Positions 54,290 to 62,134 of a stretch of DNA of 64,000 bases are shown here, piece after piece (positions within the stretch are counted from its first letter, which is position 1; every line of letters begins with the position of its first letter). The DNA comes from Anaeromyxobacteraceae bacterium. GTDB lineage: Bacteria; Myxococcota; Myxococcia; Myxococcales; Anaeromyxobacteraceae. The stretch covers positions 448,001-512,000 of the forward strand of contig JASGHJ010000002.1 in the NCBI GenBank assembly GCA_047602405.1, read 5' to 3'. A model generated the notes under the pieces. It was not told the DNA's origin and did no database searches. It saw only the letters and a list, made by a program, of their open reading frames with translations. The position numbers and the translations under genes were made by a program.

Positions 54290-55063
54290 TTACGGCAGAC
54301 CATATCCGTACTTCGCCAGGATCGCGCGCCCCTTCTCGCCGGTGACGAAGGCGAGGAACGCGCGGGCGGCGGCGGGCTCCCGCGCCGCCGCGAGGACGAT
54401 CCCGGACTGCTCGATCCTCGGGTAGAGCGCCTCGGGGACGAAGATCGTCCGCCCGGCCTTCAGCTCCGGCGCGAAGGTGAGCGAGTACGGGAGGAAGGCG
54501 ACGTCGGCGGCGCCGGTGGTCGCGAACTGGGCGGCCTGGGCCACGCTCGCGCCGAGGACGAGCTTCTCCTTCACCGCGTCGTGCACGCCCGCCGAGCGGA
54601 AGGCCCACACGGTCGCGCGCCCGAAGGGCGCCACGGCCGGGTTGGCGATCGCGATCCGCTTCACCGAGGGGTCGGCGAGGCCCGCGAGCCCGGTCCTCAT
54701 GAAGTCGAGCTTCGAGCCGGGCGGCGTCCAGGCGACGAGCTTCCCGAACGCGTAGACCCGCTCGTCCGCGGCCACGGCGAGCCCGGCGGCGACGAGCTTC
54801 GCGGGGTACTCGCGGTCGGCGGAGAGGAGCACGTCGAAGGGCGCGCCGTTCTGGAGCTGGGCGAAGAAGGTGCCCGACGCGCCGAGGGTGAGGGCGAGCT
54901 CGACGCCGGGCTGCTCCGCCTCGAAGCCCTTCTTCAGCTCCTCCGCGGCGGTCTTGAGGTTCGCCGCGGCGGCCACCGTGAGCGTGCTCCGGGGCCCGGC
55001 GGCGCGCGCGGCGGGGGTGAGGGCGAGCGCGGCGAGGAGGGCGAGCAGCGGGAGGCGAAGCAT
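54290..55063 (-). CDS. modA: Molybdate-binding protein
   Basis: Signal peptide, AAAANL, GASG, GAPFDVLLSA, IANPAVAPFG. Confidence 0.93.
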   Translation of the reverse strand: MLRLPLLALLAALALTPAARAAGPRSTLTVAAAANLKTAAEELKKGFEAEQPGVELALTLGASGTFFAQLQNGAPFDVLLSADREYPAKLVAAGLAVAADERVYAFGKLVAWTPPGSKLDFMRTGLAGLADPSVKRIAIANPAVAPFGRATVWAFRSAGVHDAVKEKLVLGASVAQAAQFATTGAADVAFLPYSLTFAPELKAGRTIFVPEALYPRIEQSGIVLAAAREPAAARAFLAFVTGEKGRAILAKYGYGLP

Positions 55064-55078
55064 GGGGGCTCCGTGAGG

Positions 55079-55122
55079 ACGTTTAAGAAACAATTGGACA
55101 CGTTTAAGAAACAATTGGACAC
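55079..55122. repeat. Perfect 21-bp tandem direct repeat, probable operator
   Basis: ACGTTTAAGAAACAATTGGAC twice, AT-rich, between divergent modA and porin starts. Confidence 0.85.
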
Positions 55123-55175
55123 CTTGTACCCCACGCGGGTAGCGTCCGGCAACGTCGATCTCACCTGGAGGCCTC

Positions 55176-56237
55176 ATGCCGCTCTGCTCGCTCGCCGCCG
55201 CCCTGCTCCTCGCCCAGACGCCCGCGCCGTTCGCGGCGAAGGTGACGCCGTACGGCTTCATCAACTTCCAGTACTCCCGCCTCTACCCATCGCAGCCGAA
55301 GCCGGGCGTGAACACCTTCGAGTTCCGCCGCGCCCGCCTCGGCCTCAAGGGCGACGTCACGCCGAACGTGGCCTTCAACGTCGTCTACGACGGGGCGGAC
55401 AGCGCGCTGAAGGACGCCTGGATCACGCTCAAGGGCCTCCCGGGCGTCGAGGCCCGGCTCGGCCAGTTCAAGACGCCGTTCGGCCACGAGCAGCAGGAGT
55501 CCGACACGAAGCTCCTCTGGCTCAACAACTCGTACGTCGTCGCGGCGCTCGCGCGCGGGAAGGACTCGCGCGACGAGGGCGCCATCGTGAACGGGAAGTG
55601 GACGCTCGGGCCGGTGGCGGTGGACGCCGCGACGGCCTACGTGAACGGCGCCGGTCCGAACGCGAAGGACGATCTCGACGACAAGGGCGTGTGGGCCCGC
55701 GCGGGCGTCGCGACCACGGTCGCCGGCGTGACCCCCCGCCTCGGCGTCTCCTACGGGTACGGCCACCAGGTGGCCGCGCTCGGCGCCGACGCGAAGCTCG
55801 GCCTGCAGGGCACGGGCGCGACCGCGACGTTCGACGACACGACCTTCTACTTCCACGCGGCGGGCCTCGACCTCACGATCGACTCGCCGTGGTTCTTCGC
55901 CGTGTACGAGGCCGTCCAGTCTCGCCGCCACGTGACGAAGCACACGAACCCGACCACCCTCGCGGTCACCAACATCGTGCCGGAGGGCTGGTACGCCGGC
56001 GTCTACGGGAAGACCCCGTGGAACGCCGGGCCGGTGCTGCGCGTCGAGGAGGCCCGGCTCCCGACGGCCGCCGCGACGGCCGTGAACGCGCAGTACAACA
56101 GGCGCACGACCCTCGGCGCCTACTACGACGTCGCCCCGCTCAGCGCGCGCTTCGTCGCCAACTACGAGTGGGACCGGTCGCCGCCGGCCATCCGGACCGG
56201 CAACCGGCTCATCCTGCTGGCGCAGGTGCTGTACTGA
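55176..56237 (+). CDS. OprO/OprP-like anion-selective porin
   Basis: FEFRRARLGLKG, LKDAWI, RLGQFKTPFG; C-terminal QVLY. Confidence 0.8.
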   Translation: MPLCSLAAALLLAQTPAPFAAKVTPYGFINFQYSRLYPSQPKPGVNTFEFRRARLGLKGDVTPNVAFNVVYDGADSALKDAWITLKGLPGVEARLGQFKTPFGHEQQESDTKLLWLNNSYVVAALARGKDSRDEGAIVNGKWTLGPVAVDAATAYVNGAGPNAKDDLDDKGVWARAGVATTVAGVTPRLGVSYGYGHQVAALGADAKLGLQGTGATATFDDTTFYFHAAGLDLTIDSPWFFAVYEAVQSRRHVTKHTNPTTLAVTNIVPEGWYAGVYGKTPWNAGPVLRVEEARLPTAAATAVNAQYNRRTTLGAYYDVAPLSARFVANYEWDRSPPAIRTGNRLILLAQVLY

Positions 56238-56291
56238 GGGGGCGCCCGCGTCCCGCCCGAGGCCAGGGGGGTGAGGTATCCTGGCGGACGC

Positions 56292-57170
56292 ATGGCCGAT
56301 CAGCTCCTCACCACGGTCGAGATCGCGGCCGTCCTCCGGGTCCACCCGAAGCACGTCTACCGGCTCCTGAAGCAGGGGCTGCCGGCGCGCCGGGTGGGCT
56401 CGGAGTGGCGCTTCTCCCGCGCGGACGTGCTCGCCTGGTCCGGGGGCGCGCCCGGGGAGGCGGCGGAGGAGGCCGCCACGCCGGCGCCCGCCGCGGGCGT
56501 CGCCCCCGACGCGGCCCCGGCGCTCGTGGCAGCGAACGGCGACGTGGCGGTGCAGGTGCTGCTCCGGCTCGCGGCGGCGAAGGGGCCGCCGCTCATCGGC
56601 TTCCTGCAGTCGGACATGGGCACGGCGACCGAGCTGCTCCGGTGCCGCGCGGTGCTCGCGGCCGGCGCCCACGCCGGCGGCTTCCCCGGCCACGTGGGCG
56701 ACGAGCGCGTCGCGCGCATCCACCTCGTGATGCGCGAGGTCGGGCTCGTTCACCGGGAGAAGAAGCCGGTGCGGCTCGCCGAGCTCGGGAAGCGGAAGCT
56801 CGCCACGCGCCCCGCCTCGGCCGGCGTGCGCGGGTACCTCGAGGCCGCGCTCCGCGCGGAGAAGCTCGACCCGTCGAGGATCCAGAGGCACGCGCTCGTG
56901 CTCGAGTCGCACCTCGACGTCGCGCTCGCGGTCGCCTCCGGCCGCGCCGACGTCGGCGTCGCGAGCCGCGCCTGGGCCGAGCGCGCCGGGCTGTCGTTCC
57001 AGCCGCTCGCGACCGAGGCCTACGGCCTCATCGTGAAGGCCCGCGATCTCGGCGACCCCAGGGTGGTGCGGCTCTGCGAGATCGCCCAGGGCAAGGCGTT
57101 CCGCGCCGAGGCCGGCGCGATCCCGGGCTACGACCCGGCCGGCTCGGGCGACATCCGATACGACGCCTGA
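56292..57170 (+). CDS. Excisionase-type HTH + PBP-like (molybdate/tungstate) regulator
   Basis: LLTTVEIAAVLRVHPKHVYRL...WRF; SHLDVALAVASGRADVG...LSFQPLATEAY...GYD. Confidence 0.85.
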   Translation: MADQLLTTVEIAAVLRVHPKHVYRLLKQGLPARRVGSEWRFSRADVLAWSGGAPGEAAEEAATPAPAAGVAPDAAPALVAANGDVAVQVLLRLAAAKGPPLIGFLQSDMGTATELLRCRAVLAAGAHAGGFPGHVGDERVARIHLVMREVGLVHREKKPVRLAELGKRKLATRPASAGVRGYLEAALRAEKLDPSRIQRHALVLESHLDVALAVASGRADVGVASRAWAERAGLSFQPLATEAYGLIVKARDLGDPRVVRLCEIAQGKAFRAEAGAIPGYDPAGSGDIRYDA

Positions 57171-57201
57171 CGCGCCTCGGGGTGCGGGGCGGGGGCCGGG
57201 A

Positions 57202-57628
57202 TCGTCCCTCGTCTCCGCGGCCGCTGCGCGGCCGCTACGCTCGGGACGAACGGGGGGAAGGAGTCGGAGTGGGAGTTGCCCCGCCCCAACCCGCCCCGCC
57301 CCAACCCAACCCAACCCAACCGCTCCTCGGCGGCCGCCTCGACGGGCCTCTCCGCCCGGAGGGCCCTGCGGCTGACCCGCCCGATGATCGGACCGGATGC
57401 GACGACCGCGTCAGGACGAGGCCGCGCTCGTCCATTCCCGTGACGCCGATGCGGCCTCGTCCTGGCGCGCATGTCGTCGCAGCGGGCCGCCCCTTCTCGC
57501 TTCCTCCCCGGCCACCGTGAACCGGCGGGGCTTTGCCTCAGGGCCCGAGGACGGAGAGGCCCGGCGAGGCGGCCGCCCAAGGTCACGCCGGCAGGGAAGA
57601 CGCCGGCAAGGAGACGCCGGCAGGGAAC
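57202..57628. repeat. Cluster of intergenic repeats
   Basis: REP-like hairpin 57202-57249, CCCAA tract 57279-57321, about 44-bp inverted pair 57329-57372 and 57535-57577, three ACGCCGGCARGGA copies 57585-57628. Confidence 0.7.
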
Positions 57629-57632
57629 GGTT

Positions 57633-58040
57633 CTAGGAGCGGATCACCCGGCGCCCGAGGAGCGCCGAGGGTGACCAGTGCCGCCAGGCCGAGGGCATGT
57701 GGGAGCCGACGGAGGTCACCGCGGTGGCCGCGAGGTACCAGCCGAGGCGGCCGCCCGGGAAGAGGTTCCCGAGGCCGAGGAGGGCGAGCTTGAGGAGGAT
57801 CGCGAGCCCCGAGCCCTGGCCGAGCGTCATGCAGCCCCAGGTGAGCGAGGTCGCGAGGAGGAGCACGCCGCTCGAGACGGTCACGCAGATCGGCACGAGG
57901 AGCGTGTCGTGCGTGCCGCCCATGGCGATGCCGCCGAGGACGAGCCCCATCGCGGCGATGTGGGCCGAGCGCAGGCCGATCTCGACGGCGCGCTGCCAGC
58001 CCGGCTTCGCGCCCTGCGGGGCGATGGGGAGCGGCGCCAT
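57633..58040 (-). CDS. Hypothetical 4-TM membrane protein
   Basis: LRSAHIAAMG...GSHMP; starts 2 nt after the moaA stop. Confidence 0.7.
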   Translation of the reverse strand: MAPLPIAPQGAKPGWQRAVEIGLRSAHIAAMGLVLGGIAMGGTHDTLLVPICVTVSSGVLLLATSLTWGCMTLGQGSGLAILLKLALLGLGNLFPGGRLGWYLAATAVTSVGSHMPSAWRHWSPSALLGRRVIRS

Positions 58041-58042
58041 GG

Positions 58043-59044
58043 CTAGCCTCCGATGGCCGCGAGGTTGCGCACGTTGCCGGTGCGGCCCTCGGCGAGCGCG
58101 TGCGCCGGGGGCTTCGCGCCGACGGCCGCGCGGAGCGCCGTGACGAGCGCGCCCCGCTGGTCGTCCGCCGCGAGGAGCGGGCGGAGCGGGATCTCCCGGT
58201 CGGCGAAGAGGCAGAGCTTCAGGTTGCCGGTCGAGGAGACCCGCAGCCGGTTGCAGGAGGTGCAGAACCCGCGCGCGTAGGGCGCGATGAGCCCGATGCG
58301 CCCGCGGTGGCCGGGGTGGGCCCAGTCGGTCGAGGGGCCGCCGACGCCCTCCCGGGGCACCGGCCGGAACCCGCGGGCCTCGAGCCAGCCCTCCACCACC
58401 GAGGCGGGGAGGTGGTGCTGCTTGAAGAACGCCGCGTCGCCCGCCTGCATGAGCTCGATGAAGCGGATGGTGATGGGCACGTCGCGGGCCCACCCGAGGA
58501 ACCGCTCGAGCTCGCCCTCGTCGGTGGAGCGGAGCAGCACCGCGTTCACCTTGATGCGCGGGATGCCCGCCTCCAGCGCGGCCTCGACGCCGGCGATCAC
58601 CGGGTCGAGCCGGCCCACGCCGGTGAGCGCCGCGAACCGCTCCGGGTCGAGGCTGTCGACGCTGACGTTGAGGCAGGTGAGCCCGGCCGCGGCGAGCTCG
58701 CGCGCGATCGAGCGGAGGCGGTAGCCGTTCGTCGTCAGCCCCACGTGCTCCACGCCGGGCGCGCCGGCCGCGGCGGCGACGAGCTCGAGCACGTCGGGGC
58801 GCAGGGTGGGCTCGCCGCCGGTGAGGCGGACCTTCCGGAAGCCGAGCGTCGAGAACGCGGCGAGCAGGCGCCGCACCTCGGCGAGGGAGAGGGGCGCGTC
58901 GTCCGTGCCCTTCGGGCAGCCCTGGGGGAGGCAGTACGCGCAGCGGAAGTTGCAGCGCTCGGTGACGGAGAGGCGGAGGTACTCGAGCCGCCGCCCGAAC
59001 CCATCCACCAGCGGTGAACTGCTCGCCCCGTGCTCCTCGGCCAC
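58043..59044 (-). CDS. moaA: GTP 3',8-cyclase
   Basis: YLRLSVTERCNFRCAYC, RLTGGEP, RFIELM, FCTSCNRLR...LCLF, C-terminal IGG; GGAGG before GTG 59044. Confidence 0.96.
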   Translation of the reverse strand: MAEEHGASSSPLVDGFGRRLEYLRLSVTERCNFRCAYCLPQGCPKGTDDAPLSLAEVRRLLAAFSTLGFRKVRLTGGEPTLRPDVLELVAAAAGAPGVEHVGLTTNGYRLRSIARELAAAGLTCLNVSVDSLDPERFAALTGVGRLDPVIAGVEAALEAGIPRIKVNAVLLRSTDEGELERFLGWARDVPITIRFIELMQAGDAAFFKQHHLPASVVEGWLEARGFRPVPREGVGGPSTDWAHPGHRGRIGLIAPYARGFCTSCNRLRVSSTGNLKLCLFADREIPLRPLLAADDQRGALVTALRAAVGAKPPAHALAEGRTGNVRNLAAIGG

Positions 59045-59213
59045 GCGCGCCTCCCCCACCCGATGACGGCCCGCAGTCTAGTCCCCTCGGGCGAACCCGG
59101 CACCCGGTGAGATGCCCGGCCGGAGGCGGTGTTTCCACCGACTCGATGCCTGCGGCAGAACGCCCGGCCGCGGGAAAGCCCTGCCCCATGCGCGTTCTGG
59201 AGTACCGCCTCGG

Positions 59214-59229
59214 TGGCACGCCGGATGCT
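59214..59229 (+). promoter_or_regulatory. sigma54 promoter of the barrel-cytochrome-oxidoreductase operon
   Basis: TGGCACGCCGGATGCT, GG-N10-GC. Confidence 0.75.
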
Positions 59230-59323
59230 CAAAGGGGGCGGGCCGGGCAACACATCCGAGATGCAGGGGAACGCGCAGTGCGGGCTCCATGCGAAGCAAC
59301 CTGAAGAGAACCGAGGCGAACGA

Positions 59324-60562
59324 ATGCGGATCGACAGATTGGTCGCCCTCCTCGCCGCCGCCGCCCTCGCGCCCGCAGTGCGCGCAGGGGACGTGCAGGT
59401 GACGAGCTCGACCCAGTACCTCCGTTACGCCGATTTCCTCTCCGACAAGACCGACCAGCAGGACGTCGCCGAGTACCTCCGCCTGAGCGCGACGTTCGGC
59501 GACCAGAAGAACGTGACCGTGGCCGGCTACGGCCGGATCGTGGGCACGCTCACGACGAGCTTCGAGAGCGACAGCCGCAACGAGCTCGCGAACGACGTCA
59601 CCGGCCGGCTCTACTACCTCTACCTCGACTACCGCGACGCCGTGCCGGGGCTCGTCGACCTGCGCGCCGGCCGCACCTTCGTCGGGACGAACGCGCTCCC
59701 GGCGGTGGTGGACGGCGGGCAGCTCCGGCTCAAGAACGCCGGCGTGAAGGGGCTGAGCCTCACCGGGTTCGGCGGCCGCCGCGTCTGGTTCGACAACAAG
59801 AGCGAGCTGCCCTACGACGGCGACTGGATCTGGGGCGCCGGCGCGGCGTTCGACACGGTCGCCATGACCCACGTCGAGGCCTCCTACGGGCGCGAGTACC
59901 ACGCGTCCGAGGTCGCCCGCGACGAGGTGGCCCTCGACGTCGAGACGACGCCGTTCGCCTACGTCAGCGTGTTCGGCCGCGGCAAGGTCGACCTCGTCAC
60001 CTCGAAGGCGAACGAGCTGTCGCTCGGCGCGAAGGTCGCGCCGCTCGCCGGCCTCGTCCTGCGGGCCGAGCTCTACCAGAGCCGCCCGACCTTCGAGCGC
60101 AGCAGCTTCTACCGGTACTTCGAGGTCGAGAACTACCAGCAGGCCTCGCTGGCCGCGGAGTACCGCGTCCTCCCGTGGCTGCGCCTCGACGCGAGCTACG
60201 CGTACGAGCGCTTCGACAAGGACGAGAGCGCCAACGTCTACGAGGCGGGCGTGAAGGCGAAGCCGCTCGCGAACCTCTTCGTGAACGCGAGCTACGAGGG
60301 GCGCCAGGGCTACGCCGGCAAGCTCGGCGGCCTGCGCGCCAGCGCGGGCTACACGTTCTGGAAGGCGACCGTGCTCGCGGGCGCCGACTACGACGACTTC
60401 AAGCGCCAGGCGAGCCGCGACGGCTCCTCGAAGAAGTTCTGGGCGGGCGCCGACGTCGAGATCACGAAGACGGTCAGGGGCGTGCTGCGCCTCGAGCGCG
60501 ACACGAACTACCTGTACGACGCCGCCTACCAGGGCTTCGTCGCCGTCGACGTCCACCTCTAG
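59324..60562 (+). CDS. Outer-membrane beta-barrel (porin-cytochrome type)
   Basis: Signal peptide, RLYYLYLDY...LRAGR, many aromatic amphipathic strands; precedes a multiheme cytochrome. Confidence 0.75.
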   Translation: MRIDRLVALLAAAALAPAVRAGDVQVTSSTQYLRYADFLSDKTDQQDVAEYLRLSATFGDQKNVTVAGYGRIVGTLTTSFESDSRNELANDVTGRLYYLYLDYRDAVPGLVDLRAGRTFVGTNALPAVVDGGQLRLKNAGVKGLSLTGFGGRRVWFDNKSELPYDGDWIWGAGAAFDTVAMTHVEASYGREYHASEVARDEVALDVETTPFAYVSVFGRGKVDLVTSKANELSLGAKVAPLAGLVLRAELYQSRPTFERSSFYRYFEVENYQQASLAAEYRVLPWLRLDASYAYERFDKDESANVYEAGVKAKPLANLFVNASYEGRQGYAGKLGGLRASAGYTFWKATVLAGADYDDFKRQASRDGSSKKFWAGADVEITKTVRGVLRLERDTNYLYDAAYQGFVAVDVHL

Positions 60563-60580
60563 AGAGGACGGGGAGACACC

Positions 60581-61201
60581 ATGAAGACGCAGAGCATCCT
60601 CATCCTCGCGGCGGCGGCCCTCCTGGCCTCCGGCGGGGCCGCGCGCGCCGAGGAGCACCGGCAGTACGCCGACTCGAAGCCCGAGGAGTGCGCGGAGTGC
60701 CACCGGTCGTCCGGCGTGATGGAGAACCACGGCGCCGACTTCCTGAAGGACCACCGCCGCCTCGCGCAGAAGACCGGCAACAACTGCGAGCAGTGCCACC
60801 AGCAGTCCTGGTGCTCCGACTGCCACCACGGCGGCAACCTCACGCACCGCTTCGACAGCAGCCTGTCCCGGCGCGGCGAGCCGATGCCGGTCACGCACAA
60901 GGCCGACTTCGTCTCGACGCACGCGATGAAGGCCAAGGACGACCCGCAGTCCTGCGCGCGCTGCCACCGGACGCAGAGCTTCTGCTCCGACTGCCACCAG
61001 CGCGAGCTCTCCTGGAAGCGGTCGGAGATGTCGATCAAGAAGCACGCTCCCGTCTACGTGGGGGCCGGCGTGCTCGACCCGGCGTGGATCTCGCTGCACC
61101 GGGGCGACGCGCGGCGCGACCTCCAGTCGTGCCAGGCGTGCCACCCCTCGAAGTCGCAGTGCTCGAACTTCGCCTGCCACCCGGGGCTCGGTGGGCGGTA
61201 G
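60581..61201 (+). CDS. Periplasmic multiheme cytochrome c (6 CXXCH + 1 CX4CH)
   Basis: CAECH, CEQCH, CSDCH, CARCH, CSDCH, CQACH, CSNFACH; signal peptide. Confidence 0.9.
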   Translation: MKTQSILILAAAALLASGGAARAEEHRQYADSKPEECAECHRSSGVMENHGADFLKDHRRLAQKTGNNCEQCHQQSWCSDCHHGGNLTHRFDSSLSRRGEPMPVTHKADFVSTHAMKAKDDPQSCARCHRTQSFCSDCHQRELSWKRSEMSIKKHAPVYVGAGVLDPAWISLHRGDARRDLQSCQACHPSKSQCSNFACHPGLGGR

Positions 61202-61270
61202 CCGCAAGGAAACTTCAGGAATCTCGAGGAATCGAAGAAGCGAATCGGAGCCAGAGCAAGGAGAGGTCAA

Positions 61271-62092
61271 ATGGCAGGCAACAAGCTTCCAGTCGTCGCT
61301 GACACGATCGTCGAGCTCCCCGCGGAGCTGACGACGCTCGAGCAGGTCAAGGCGTTCATCCAGCAGACCATCGGTCGCCGCAGCTTCGTGAGCGGCATGG
61401 GCGTGGCCGGCCTGGGCGCGGTCGCGTTCCAGTTCGGGTGCGCGAGCGATCCCAAGGCCGCGACCCCGCGCCAGGTGTACGTGCCGAACGCGAAGGGCAT
61501 GATCGTCGCGGACCCCGGCCTGTGCGTCGGCTGCCGGCGCTGCGAGTCGGCGTGCTCGGCCTACAACGGCGGCACCGTCCGTCCGGCCGTGTCGAACGTC
61601 AAGGTGAACCGGAACGTCCAGTACGGCGTCGAGGGCACCTGGAACGGCGCGCGCGGGATGGGGCTCTACGGCAACTTCCGCATCGTCCAGGACACCTGCC
61701 GGCAGTGCCCGCACCCGGTGCCCTGCCAGCTCGCGTGCCCGAACGCGGCGATCGAGGTCGTGGGTGACCAGAACGCCCGCATCGTGAACACGGACAAGTG
61801 CGTCGGCTGCGGCATCTGCGTCGACGCGTGCCCGTGGGAGATGACGGCGCTCGACGGTCCGGTCAAGGGCGAGAACACCAAGTCGCACAAGTGCCATCTC
61901 TGCGCCGGTCAGCTCGGCCTGGACGACGGCGTGAACGGCCTCATGACGCGGCCCAACTGCGTCGAGGCGTGCCCCGCCGGCGCCCTGCAGTTCGTCCCCT
62001 GGGACGACCGCACCGACATCGTCCCGACGCGGCAGGTGGTCACGCCGAACTACGCGGCGGACGTCAAGGACACCTGCAAGCAGTGCCACTGA
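61271..62092 (+). CDS. YdhY/DmsB-like 4Fe-4S protein with Tat signal
   Basis: GRRSFVSG...FQFGC; CVGCRRCESAC, CRQC...CP, CVGCGICVDACP, KCHLC...CVEACP; terminal CKQCH. Confidence 0.88.
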   Translation: MAGNKLPVVADTIVELPAELTTLEQVKAFIQQTIGRRSFVSGMGVAGLGAVAFQFGCASDPKAATPRQVYVPNAKGMIVADPGLCVGCRRCESACSAYNGGTVRPAVSNVKVNRNVQYGVEGTWNGARGMGLYGNFRIVQDTCRQCPHPVPCQLACPNAAIEVVGDQNARIVNTDKCVGCGICVDACPWEMTALDGPVKGENTKSHKCHLCAGQLGLDDGVNGLMTRPNCVEACPAGALQFVPWDDRTDIVPTRQVVTPNYAADVKDTCKQCH

Positions 62093-62134
62093 CCCCTTTC
62101 GGATTCCGGAACCCTAGAAGAGAGGTAGAGGAAC

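Noticed and set aside
52533..55063. Tungstate-specific TupABC
   Set aside because: Binding-protein and permease motifs are ModA/ModB type, though tungstate uptake is not excluded.
55079..55122. AT-rich direct repeat as a CRISPR array
   Set aside because: Two abutting copies, no spacers, no cas genes.
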